From assembly GCF_009914755.1 (NCBI RefSeq), contig NC_060926.1: a stretch of DNA of 64,000 nucleotides. One strand, written 5' to 3'. Position 1 is the stretch's first letter, and every line of letters begins with the position of its first letter. This stretch comes from the human T2T-CHM13v2.0 reference genome, Homo sapiens. The notes below the pieces were generated by a model. The model was not told the origin of the DNA, did no database searches, and was given only the letters and a program-made list of their open reading frames with translations. Positions 1-11,590 of the stretch are shown one piece after another. The translations under genes and the position numbers were made by a program.

Positions 1-129
1 CACGTGCACAATGTGCCGATTAGTTACATATGTATACATGTGCCATGCTGGTGTGCTGCACCCATTAACTCGTCATTTAGCATTAGGTATATCTCCTAAT
101 GCTATCCCTCCCCCCTCCCCCCACCCCAA
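1..129 (-). mobile_element. Young L1PA 3' UTR fragment, severely 5'-truncated, running off the window start
   Basis: gttacatatgtatacatgtgccatgctggtgtgctgcacccattaactcgtcatttagcattagg...ccctcccccctcccc is the reverse complement of the L1PA2-4-type 3' end. Confidence 0.9.
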
Positions 130-296
130 GTAGTTCAAATTTTTATGAATATTTAGACAATAGAATTTGGTAGTTGACAATTTTTCTCATGTTATTTTTC
201 TGGGTATTTTTGCATTCTGTGTTTATATTTTATAGTAATACATTTACTTATACAGAATTTAAAGATAAAAGGTAATAAAATTTAAAAATAAAATTG

Positions 297-880
297 TTCG
301 GGAAAGGATTAACTTTTCAATGTATTGTCCAGGGACAATTGGTTACTGGTTGGAAAAATAAAGAGTGTGATTCCTATCTCACCCTATACAAAAGGCATAA
401 ACTGTAGGTGGATTTAATATCTAAATATAAAAAGGAAACTTTAAAATTTTAGAATAAAATGGAAGGATATTTTCAATTACCTTGGGATAAGGAAGAGCTT
501 CTTAAAGGAATGTATGAAAAGCACAAACGGTAGTGTAAATGATGAATACATTTGACTACAATAAAATTAAAATTTATATTTTAAAAACTGTAAAAAAAAG
601 AAACCTAACATATAGACCAAGACTAGGAGTAATTTGCAGTATAACAAAAGATCAGAATCCAAAATATCTGAAGAGCTTAGATAAGCAATTTAGAAAGAGT
701 CAATAGAAACATATGCAAAAGATTTGAAAAGACAACTCAGAGAAAATATATAAATCATTAATAATGATCAATAAATGATGAAGAGACTCAGTCTCCTCTG
801 TCATAACAGAAATGAAAATTATTTTTTTAATAACCATCAGCTTGACAAGAAAAAGTAAATACATTTTAACATCTAAACGA
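297..880 (+). mobile_element. Old L1M ORF2 3' fragment
   Basis: Degenerate L1 motifs ggaaaggat..cttttcaat, cctatctcaccctatacaaaa, aaatgatgaagagactcagtctc. Confidence 0.65.
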
Positions 881-913
881 CTGAACATATCTACAGAAAA
901 ATAAATATGCCAC

Positions 914-1053
914 TTTCCGCCTCCTTCTGGGCTCAAGCAAACCTCTCACATCAGCCTCCGAGTAGCTGGGACTATAGGATGGTCTTGAGCCCCTGGCAAG
1001 TGATCTACCAGCCTCTGCCTCCCAAAGTGCTGGGATTACAGGTGTGAGGCACC
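914..1053 (-). mobile_element. AluJ-like fragment with internal deletion
   Basis: gggctcaagc..tcagcctccgagtagctgggactatagg joined directly to tggtcttga..cctcccaaagtgctgggattacaggtgtga. Confidence 0.85.
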
Positions 1054-1207
1054 TGTCAGTATACGACTTTAATTAAAGTAACTTGTACAACTATCACCCA
1101 GCTCAAGAAACCTTCATAAACCTTTTCTAAGTCCCAATACCTTTATTCTCGACTAGTTGTAACTATTACCTTGAGCTTTTTCAAGATCTGATGACGGTCT
1201 ACAGGGG

Positions 1208-1360
1208 AAAAAGCCCTGAACTTTGTAGCATTTGCTGATGTCCAGGAAGTAAATATTCCCATTATGGCAGATTTCAAGCTCCCAACATTTCAACTGGCTT
1301 GCCCAGTTCCTAAAAACCTAACAAATAATTCTCGTATGTATAAGCCTACTCCAGCACTCA
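1208..1360. mobile_element. MER63-like hAT-Blackjack DNA transposon fragment
   Basis: aaaagccctgaactttgtagcatttgctgat..gtaaatattcccattatggcagatttcaagct..ctccagcac resembles the recalled MER63 consensus. Confidence 0.6.
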
Positions 1361-1499
1361 TGTCAATTCTGTCATTTCTTCGGGTTTTTTCTTCTTTTTG
1401 TGTGTGTGTGTGTACCACCTAAGTGAGCATCTTTAAATAGTTTTGTTTTAGTTGCTTCTGGGAATATCAATATTATGTAACTGAATGAAATTACTTTCC

Positions 1500-1606
1500 T
1501 TCTGATATTCTGGAAGAGTTTAAATAGCATTGAGATTATCTTCTCTTTAAAGGTTTAGTTAACTCCTGTAAGAAACCACCTGGATTTAATGACTTTTTTC
1601 TTTCTT

Positions 1607-1637
<31 letters not shown>

Positions 1638-2120
1638 GATGAGTTCTATCTGACAACTTTGTTTCTTCCATGGAAATCAGACTGTTTTGATTTTTCGGAA
1701 TCTCCTTTCTGGTCTGTTTTGATAATTTATATTCTCCTAGAAACTTATTTCATCTGTTTTCACATTTACTTACATATATTTGAGAAAGCAGCTTTGTGAT
1801 ACATTTTTTTGTTTTCTAAGGTTATTGCTGTCTTATCTTTTTTACTTTTGGATATTTTTCTCCTATTTTTTCTTGATAGCGTTCTAAATATATTTTCTAT
1901 ATCTTTTTGGTTTAGAGCTAGTTTTAGGATTTATCCATAATTTCTAGTGTTTTGTTTTCTGACACATTAATATCTGTTTGTAATTTTATTAGTTTTTTTC
2001 CAACCTCTTCTTTCTGAATTCTTGAGCCATCTATTTAGTTAGTGTTTTTTGTAACTTCGTGTGTATTAATGTATGTAGTTAAGGCTACTTGTTTTTCTCT
2101 GAGCACGTTACTTTAGCTGT
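1500..2120 (-). mobile_element. Old L1M ORF2 fragment containing a T-rich tract (1594-1637)
   Basis: tattctggaagagtttaaatagcattgagattatcttctctttaaaggttt..aaaccacctgg and continuing T-rich antisense L1 texture. Confidence 0.6.
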
Positions 2121-3824
2121 TAAGAATGAATCATATTTAGAAAAAAAGTGTACTAAATTATGATTCAGGACACACAGACTTCCATCCTGTTTCTCTCTGT
2201 GCGTAGCAGTGTCATTTGGGCATGTTACTTTGTCTTCCTCCCTAGATTTCAGCTTCCCCAACTGGAAAATGAGAAAATATTTGATCTCAGAACTTCTATT
2301 TTGCTCTCTAATTTTATGAAATATACCCTCATACCCATGTTGCGACTCCAGTAATTTGAATTGAGTCTACAACATGAATTCTAAAGTCTCAAACTTTTTT
2401 TTTCCTAACATACTAGTAAGTCTATGAACTGTAGTCTCTGGTGTAATCAAAAAGACATGCTTCTTTTCATTCTTTGTCTACAATATGGGGGCCTGAGCAT
2501 CAAGCAGATTCAGGATCTATATAGACATTCTTCATTAACTTGGAACATTTTGTCAGAATCAATCAGCTGGTGGAAGTTATTATGGAACGTTCATGAGGAA
2601 GCATTTTCCAAGATCCTTTGAAATTCTTGAAATACACAATTGTTAGCAATGCAGAATCAAACAGAATGCAGTCTTATTGAATGGGTTAAGATGAAGTTAC
2701 AACAAATATTGTGTCAGAGTAAACATCAGAAAATAGATTTTCTAAGGTCTAGAAGTTACAAAGAAATATGCAATAATGAGAATATTATTAAACATTGACA
2801 GATTCTGTATCCAAGTGTTCCTTAAAAAATAAAAACCATTTATTTTGCGCTAATAAAAATATGTTAGGGAATAGCAAACAGATTGTCACAGAATGTTTAA
2901 CTCATCCATATTACATAAAATTCACAAGTGAAATTACTGTCTGCATTTTAAAATCTAAGTAGCAACTGCAAAATCAAAGTACTTTGTGGAAGAGTTAACG
3001 TCACTACAACAAAATGAAATACCTTAAGTTGTGTGTCTGTCTTTGTATTTAAACATTAATAGAAACCCAGTATATTTTACTTATACTGACTAATGTAGAA
3101 AAATCCAAGAAGGTGAGTTAGTAGAGAAATGGAACAAAATATCATTCATTTACATTAGTTTACTGAAAGACATTTTGTCTTCTATTTTATAAAATGTTAT
3201 TATGTAACAATAGCAATCATTGCCCTCTCTGTATAACCCTACACGGTCTGAATAAATCCCTTCTGAATAGTTTTTCTGTACAGCTCACCACATTTCTAAC
3301 TACAGGAATGTAATCTTACAGCCTTAAAAAACACATTGATTTTTATGCACATAAAGAGACCAGGTTAATTAACGATGCTAAAAATGATAAACATAATTTA
3401 TTCTTTACCTCTCACAATAAGGGAAAGAAAAGTTATTACATGCTATATTTTGTTTAAAGATTTATGATGCAGCATAATTTCCATTTCCCTTATAATAAAT
3501 ATTTAAAAGACATATAATATTAAACACTTCACCTAATTGCAAACCTTATATGAAAATATTAGGGTGATGGTTTGGAAGCACAAAAACATTTACTGTCACT
3601 CAGTGCTTTGTACGTTCTTTCATAAATCAGTATCGGAAGCCCACAGGCCAACAAAACTCTGAAATTCTGGCCAAACAGTTCCCAGTTATGTGCAAGAGAT
3701 AATTGCTTCTCAAAGTGCCAAACTGGACTTAAAATTTAAATAATAGAATATAAATATGCTGGACATGAGTAGGAAGATAAAGCATATGCATTTATTTTGG
3801 CTAGAGTCTGCTTAAAATTTTGAA

Positions 3825-3990
3825 TTTTTTACTTATGACCTGTATAAGCTTGGATAAGTTACTAGATCATTTTGGGCTCATTTTATTTTCTAAATGGGAG
3901 TGATGATACCTACTTTGTAGAGTTGTTATAAAGTCAGAATGAGGTAGTCTGTACAACAGCTTTTGGTACACGGTAAGCAACTATAAAATT
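3825..3990 (+). mobile_element. MIR SINE
   Basis: cttggataagttact..gggctcattttattttctaaatgggagtgatgatacctactttgtagagttgtt matches the MIR core. Confidence 0.65.
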
Positions 3991-4274
3991 TTCATTTCTC
4001 TTGTGATGATCTTTTATAACTGGCCATTGTTTAGAAATATAGAACTTAATGTAAAAGATAAAATGTGAACATGCACATAAAAATGTGGGAAAATATTTCC
4101 AAAAACGACTACTAATATAGAAACTGGAGTTAAGCAGGAAAATATTCAAAATTCGACTAATGTGGCCAGTGCCAAATAAAATACAACACTAGACTCCTGG
4201 ACAAAGGATATGGTAGGTTGGTCTCTTTCCCGTCATTAAGTGGATTTCTAATTATGTTGTATATGTTGTTTCAG

Positions 4275-4380
4275 AGGCAAAGGCCCATTGAAAAATACAT
4301 CTGATGTCATTAATGCTGCCAAGAAAATTGCCGAAGCAGGTTCTCGAATGGACAAATTAGCTCGTGCTGTGGCTGATCAG
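4275..4380 (+). CDS. CTNNA2: Alpha-N-catenin coding exon, C-terminal F-actin-binding (vinculin-homology) domain
   Basis: Acceptor ttgtttcag|A and donor CAG|gtaata. 106 nt = 1 nt + 35 codons GKGPLKNTSDVINAAKKIAEAGSRMDKLARAVADQ, recognised as alpha-N-catenin. Confidence 0.98.
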
Positions 4381-6565
4381 GTAATAGAAGAGGGAAGGGT
4401 GGGCACATGCTGAGTGGAGTCACTAATTAGCACTTGGGTTTTGTAACTAGTTTTATGCACCCTATAAAATGCCTCTGAAGAATGAATCAGAGGGGAGAAT
4501 CACTGATATTTTACACACTGGTATCTGCCTCTCCTGACACTGTGCTAGTGGCAAACATAGATTTAGCTCAGGAGAGAATGCTAAGGCTTCTGACCAAAAT
4601 TCCTTGAGAAAGAAGAACATACTACTTAGGAGACATCAGCCCCTGAAGAGTCACGGATTGTCCCAGCCTTCCCCATTCAGAAAGGCAACTATACTGCATA
4701 ATGAAGGGGGGAAAAGCAGGTTTTTAAATTTTCATTGTTAGGCTCTTGGTTTAAATATATTTTCAGAGATTCCTACCTAATGCCCTCTTTTGTTTACTTC
4801 ATGGTGCTTATCACATTTAAAAAATATATATTTATTATTGCTTTACTTTTATTTTCTGTTGCCCCCAGGAAATTTAGGTTGCACATTTTAACTGCCTGAC
4901 AGAATGAATAAAGGAGAGAAAAGAGCAACCTGCCTTGTGGTCAGGGAACTGAATTAGCAGAGCTTTAGGGATGTGATGGGTCATGATTTGATGGTTTCTT
5001 TAAAAAGTTGTCGCGGACTCTACCAGGAGTAGAATGGAAACTGGGGGTAGGACAGTCAGGGGCATTTGGAGATCAAAGGGCAGAAACAGGTTGCGGAATC
5101 TGGGAGAACATCATGTTTTTAAATGTAGAAATAAGAAACTAGAACTTCACCTTTTCTTATTTAATATGGCTCTCACTCTAATGATATTCTTCATAATAAC
5201 TTATGCTCCACCATAAACGGGATTATTCCACATGATCAAGAACCTTCAGATTTCAGCTTTATTCTAACCCAGACTCAGAAGCATCAGAGATAAATGAAAT
5301 TCTCAGAGTATCTCTTAATGCTTTCAAACCAAACTAGGATATACATTAAAAGAGTTCTCACCTTGAATGTTTATTTCCATACTTTTCGTTTTATTTGGCT
5401 TGAATTGGAACTTTAAAATCCTGTTCTAAATGTTTTGTTGCAATTATGGTCCATTTCTTTTAAGAGTGCTTTAGGTAGTAGACTTTTCCAGGTAACTAAC
5501 AGTTATCCCTATAAGCAATAGTGATTTACAGTTTGAACCACTTTGGATGGATTGTATCATAAAATATAAGTTTTGGAAATAAAATATTATATATGCTACT
5601 ATCTACATGGAAATATTAACATGAATTTGCTTAGTATACTGCAGTACATTGATGCAAGCTGGAGATACTGAAAGAGAATTGCATCCTTCTCCATATATGG
5701 CTCTAGTCTCTGATGATCTGATGATTTTTGAGTCTTTGTGTTGCTTATTGTAGTTTTCCTCCCTCATTCCTATATATAAGGGTTGCTCCTCTAAATACTT
5801 ACTGCCTCAGCATCCCAGGCTCTAACATCCTTCATTCAAGTCAATACCAAATTCACACACCTTTAAAGGCTGAAAAAACAAAACAAACAAAACCCCTCAT
5901 GATTTTACTATCAGGATTGCACTTAAGAGTCAAGAGTCAACGAATTCTCATTTTAATTTTATTTTACATTTAAGATGGCTAATCCAAGAAATTTTTTTAA
6001 CTTTTGACTTTTGGAGAAATGCTTATTGGTTGAGATAACTCAAGTACTATGAGAATTTGAGAACTGCTTACAATTTGTAGGTGTTGAGTGTTAACCCATT
6101 GCTATTGCCTAATTTCAGGGCAATATCAACCATGAGGCTTCACAGCATAAACTGAGGGTTTTTTTTGACAGACTTCCATAAGTATTCCAGAAAGTTCATG
6201 TAGAGGAGGGAAGAGACAATGAATTTACTTGAAAGTATGCATACAAAAAAATTACCAACTAGAAAAGGCCACATTCTTTTTCTGCAGATGTTGAGAAGAG
6301 TTGGGACGTGTAGAGTGACCAGAAATTGGCCATCCACCAATTTGTTAGGAAGGACTTCTTGGGAGTGAAAATGAGCGGAGTTTGAATGGCTGTTTCATTA
6401 CACTTTAAATCTCAATGGTCAAAAGTATTTCTCGGCATCTTTAGGCCCTTCAAGTTCAATAGTTTTGGTTGTGACTTTTGTTTTTGATTTTACCTTTTTG
6501 GGCTTTTATTTTCAACTATGCAACCTAAAGCATAACTCAAAACAGTTGATATGTGAAAAACACAT

Positions 6566-6568
<3 letters not shown>

Positions 6569-6616
<48 letters not shown>
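6569..6616. repeat. (AC)24 microsatellite
   Basis: Perfect dinucleotide run. Confidence 0.97.
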
Positions 6617-6618
<2 letters not shown>

Positions 6619-8386
6619 CCCAGGATACATTTATTTTGAGATTCAGTGACAGAGTATTTAAATGCTACTATTTCACAGTGACTCAAAATAAACGGATTAA
6701 GTTTAAACCTAATCCTCTTTGTGGCATTATTATTGTCATTAGCTGTGAAATAACTTGCAATTTTTGATAAAGAAATCTTCAGAAAAAAATGTTATCAAAT
6801 TCTGCACCTATTTCCATGATTTAGGAGTTATTTTCCTTGATTCAACATGCCTTTTTAAATGTGTATTTTAACTGCTTTGGTTTAAATAATAGAATAGAAT
6901 GAGTATTATCAAGGACTGGATTGGTTACATTTATTTTGCCGGAAAATATTTTATAAAGATTTGAGATATGCATGCCATATAAACTTTTTACGGACTGTTG
7001 CATTTTTAATTACTGTTCCATTGAGATAGAACTTTCAGTTTAATTTGCTGCAAGGTATTTGTATCAAAAGCCTTGTCAGCCCTCTGGGGAGATATCATTT
7101 TAAAGTTAATCCCTTTCCGTGTATGGGTCCCTGGAGTAGGATAAATATTACAGTATGAAGTACTTGTAAGAAGCTAAAAACAGTCTCTGTGGAATTCTTT
7201 CTTGATAAATGCAGTTAGTGAAAAAATACCACAATGGTAAGTGTTAAATATAAAAAATATCCCTTTATCATTTATTCAGTAGATGGTTATATGTAATCAC
7301 TGGCTTTACAGTATTGATAAAAGAATTTCCTTTCTTGAGCTTGAGGGAAACTTAGCTCAGAGTCTTTCTCCCATCCTCTCATTCTAAATAAGATACTTCA
7401 GTTGTGGCTGTAGGTACTTATTTCTTATAGTATTAAGGATCTGGTGATTTTATGTCCTTTACAAGTACCAAATTGATACAGAACAATTAAATGGCCTGGA
7501 AGTAGCTCAAGCTGAACCTTTGATAGCAAAAGAAATATGTAGGCATCTCAATTCCTCGGTAGCCATTGGCAATGAAGCCTCAGAAATGTTTTCAGGAGTC
7601 ATGTCAATGTCTCTAGAAGTGTTCAGCCAAGCTCTGTGTGTGCTTGATGGACACCCGCCTACTTCGGTCATAATGAAAATCCAAACTCCTTAGCCAGAGT
7701 TGACTCCGGTGCGTCCATCAAAGGACTCTGTTGCTACTCTTATGAACTTCTTTCAGCTGGCTTCAGATACATTCTGTCAAATCTGTTTTTCTTACAGTAG
7801 TCATGAACCATTTCAGTCTCTCATTTAAAGGCAGGTTATTATGTTGCTTACATTTTGATAAATATTAAATTCCAAAAAGTGTAATAGATTTTTTATAAGT
7901 GAATGATACATTTATTAGAGAACAAAGGAAACAAATTGATTTTCTTCCCCCAACTAACTGGATTGAAACTGTCCATTATGCTTGGCAGAGAGTGCCACAC
8001 AAAGTGATTTACTTTTAGCATCCTTTGGTCCTCTGCATTAAAATAACATTTCACATAGTGAAAGTTGAAGGAAACTGTAAAATATTTAGGTTTCTTTAGA
8101 GTTTAGAAGACAGCAGGTAAAAATACTCATAAACATGTATAGAAGTCCCAATAAAACTTTCTGGAATATCTTCAATTTTCTTCTGATAAAATTTTATTAA
8201 AGTAGAGCCAACCATTCTAAACTACAGTCTGTGGCCTTTCTAAAATGCACTGTGAAAAAGTTAAGTTAAATGAATGTAATTAAGGTATATGACACTGAAA
8301 ACTTTTCTTCCTGCAGCTTTTCTATAACAAATGTTAGAAACTGAAGAGTACTTACTAATCAAGATCACTCTTTTAATGTTTTATAG

Positions 8387-8521
8387 TGTCCTGATTCAGC
8401 ATGTAAGCAGGATTTATTAGCCTACCTTCAACGAATTGCCTTGTATTGCCATCAGCTTAATATCTGCAGCAAGGTGAAGGCAGAAGTGCAGAATCTGGGA
8501 GGAGAGCTCATTGTGTCAGGG
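8387..8521 (+). CDS. CTNNA2: Alpha-N-catenin coding exon (45 codons, phase 0-0)
   Basis: Acceptor ttttatag|TGT and donor GGG|gtaagc. Encodes CPDSACKQDLLAYLQRIALYCHQLNICSKVKAEVQNLGGELIVSG, in frame with the previous exon. Confidence 0.98.
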
Positions 8522-11494
8522 GTAAGCTGGACTTGGGCTTCACAATGTAAAGTTCCCACCGTTGCACTTCCAAGGCAAACATTCTTGGCAACAGTACTGC
8601 TAAAAACACCAAACTACAGTGATTTATAGGGAGGGCTTTTTTTAAATAAATGTTATCACCATTATTCCAGACCTTACAATAACTCACAAAGAGCAATTTG
8701 ATTTTCCAATTACCCTGTGTTTATTCTAGCCTTGTAAAATCTCCATTCTTCACAAGAAAACTAATTTTGTAGTCTGGAAACTCATTGCCAAGCTGTGACT
8801 ATTGTAATTATTTGGGGCTTTTGTATATTTACTCATTGTGAGTCTACTTCCTTTTGTTAGTCCTAGTAATTTTCATTCTCTGTTCAGGAGCCAGCCTCTC
8901 TATGTGTGGATTGTGTTCACATGTTAGAGATGATGAAAACAATAGGAATTCATTCATCAGGTTCCAATGCATACTAGGTTATCAGTAACCCTTGAAAGCC
9001 AGAAGATGTTTGAATTTAATACAGGTTGATGTGCTGTTGCCAAAAACTAACATAATTGTCGAACACTAACAATTATATATTCTTTGCTCAATCACTGCAG
9101 TGTTTCCTTTCTCATGAAAATATAATTATCTGGTCCATTTTTATCAAATGCATAGAAATAAGTTCAATGAATATTTAGAAGAATCACAATTTCTTGGCAA
9201 GATTTCCAAATATGTGTTGAGGTTCTTCACCTTGGCTTCTTCTCCTCCCTCAACCCCTTTCTCTCAACACAGGGTGCCATTTGTTGCAAATTATTTGCAA
9301 GTCCAGAAATGTGGCTCTGACACCTTAGTTCTTTTCCCAGTCAGACATGATGATGCTACCATTTCAAGTGAGTAATTACCAGGCACGTAATATTATCAGC
9401 GTGGTGAATACCTTATGAAAATCAGACTAGTCACAAAGCTCAGGTCTTCCTGAAGCCATTTTTGGAAATTTAGAAGTTTGGCCATTTGGTAAAAACACGT
9501 GAACAAATCATTCTTGAACCCAACTGTTTTTGTTCCCATATTGTTTGAGTTGCAGAAAACATAGCTGGGAAAAGAACTGATCTGGCTTGCATAGAGACAC
9601 CATCTGGAAAGCCTGTTTCATGCAGTCCCACCTAGAGCCCAGTAAATTGGCTATTTTGTGCCTCTTCCCAAAGCACAGTCACCTCTTTGCATTTCCAAAA
9701 TGATCCTGCTTCAACATTCTTCAGCAACCAAGAGCAATCTGTCTTGCAATGTGTCCTTTCTGCCAAGCTGGTAATTACCAAGATTCTCTCGCCAAGAAGT
9801 GATCAAATCATTGCATCTTCCTTGCTGCCTTTCTTATCTTCAGCCTTGATGGTATAGTTTCCCATACCACTCAGCTTTCATGTCCATCTGTATATAGCCC
9901 CTGTGGAACTGAGTGCTTTTTGTTCAGCTTGCCTTGTGTGCTTTCATTTGTTACTTTCCAATCTTATTATTTACATGGATGCGCAAAGCATCTTTGTGGA
10001 TCTCAGACTCCACAACCTCATCTGGGCAATTTTTACTAGCAGAGCCGCTCTCCATCATCCTCTCAGTACCCATTGTTTGTCACTGCCTCCAAAGCTTCAT
10101 TTCCATTGTCTTTTTCTCATTTAGATGTAGTCCAAACCATCACTGGCTTTTATCACTTGCACTGTTGGCTTTTATAGAGGTGTTTGAGATTGGGAACACC
10201 ATCAAGAAGCCTGTTCCCTTCTTTGAGTCTTGTTGGTAAAGTTCATAAATCCTTGCATGGGAGAAGGCTTCTTTTAGAAGAATGTTGTTCAACTTGATAA
10301 TTATTCTGAGGCAAATGCATTATAAATATTTGCTATATATGCTCTGTCATGGGCCTGCTCTTGGCTTCCTCATGATTTATTCCAAGCTTGATTGCTGTTT
10401 GGTGCCACACCTACATCTATAGTCTGCTGTCTTTGCCAATTCTGCCTCCATCTTTTTCTTCATGCTCCTTCACTGATGGACAATGGAGAAAAAAAATGAA
10501 TATGCTTACTGTGCAAAATAGCCACAAATGACTGCTTTCAAAGTTCTGAAAGAGTCAAGAATGTGAGACCCCATACACACACATTTTCAATGATTTTGCC
10601 AAGAAAATTACACCCATTTATTCTGTCATGTGGCATGGCAAAGTTGCTGTTTTTTTTCAGAAGAAGCCATCATAGTTTAATGTACAATCAAAAAAGAAAT
10701 ACTTAAATCTTCTTTCTTTTTTCCCTGTGTTTATACACATGGGATTCAAAGCCACGGCTTCTCTGAAATATATGAAAGCCCCCAGGAAAGTTACATTTGT
10801 TAGAAGTCAACCTCTCTACCCAAACAGAAGAGATTTGGACATATTATTTCCATTTTGCCAAGAAAAATGATTTTGATGTCAAAACAGAGAGCCACGTTTT
10901 TAGTCTTATGCTGGCATGATGAACATATGTTAAGCAAAATGCGCAATTATGTCTTATGTCAGCGTGTTTTTGTTTTATGTGATTCTATGTATACAAACTG
11001 AGAAAGGCCTCTTGTCTTGTGTCTGCTTTTGGCTTGAGAGGTGGGGACAGATAATTCAACAGGTCACGGAGGAGAATGGATACAAAAGCTCTCCAGGCAT
11101 CATGACGGCGATCTGGAGAAATAAAGCAGTCCAGGATGTGTTTCTGTGTATGCTCATCCACACAACTGCTATCTAAGAAATACCATTGGTTTCCTACCTG
11201 GCAATTAGGTTTTTTTTTTTGTCATTGGCTTAAACCTGTCTCAACCAAAAAGTGACATTCTTATTAAATCTCAAAGTAGAAAATGCATTTGTGAGCCAAT
11301 TCAGCTTAACCCGGTTACTAAGGGAGTAATGGAAAAGAAAAAATATGATAGAATTGTTAAAGTGAAAGTAGAGGAAACTGAGTTTCAGAAGATTAAACCG
11401 TCTATAAATTGGCTTTATTTATTTGCTTAGTTTAATGTTTGCTTGAATTCTTAAGCCAGTTTACAGGCTTTTTTGAGAAAAAGAATATTGAAAG

Positions 11495-11590
11495 CAGAAA
11501 GAAAGATAAGGAGGGGAGGGGAGGGTAGAAGAGAAGAGGCATAAAAGAAGAAGGTAGAAGAAAAGAAAAAAGAAAGAGAAAGTTAAAGAT
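11495..11590. repeat. GA-rich low-complexity tract
   Basis: Near-continuous purines (gaaagaaagataaggaggggagggg...gaaagagaaa). Confidence 0.7.

Noticed and set aside
2350-3130. Possible decayed transposase or pseudogene sequence
   Set aside because: I could not recover any recognisable protein motif or terminal repeat by eye. A Dfam search would be needed.
6465-6767. 100-aa ORF with an HT repeat
   Set aside because: Produced by the (AC)24 microsatellite, with a non-ATG start.
8522-8629. Open frame continuing past the donor (VSWTWASQ...NYSDL*) as an alternative C-terminus
   Set aside because: The donor GGG|gtaagc is strong, the peptide has no catenin similarity, and 35 open codons is within chance.
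10900-11330. Enhancer-like non-repetitive segment (similar impression at 31360-31900)
   Set aside because: Only short generic transcription-factor motifs, which cannot be supported without conservation or chromatin data.
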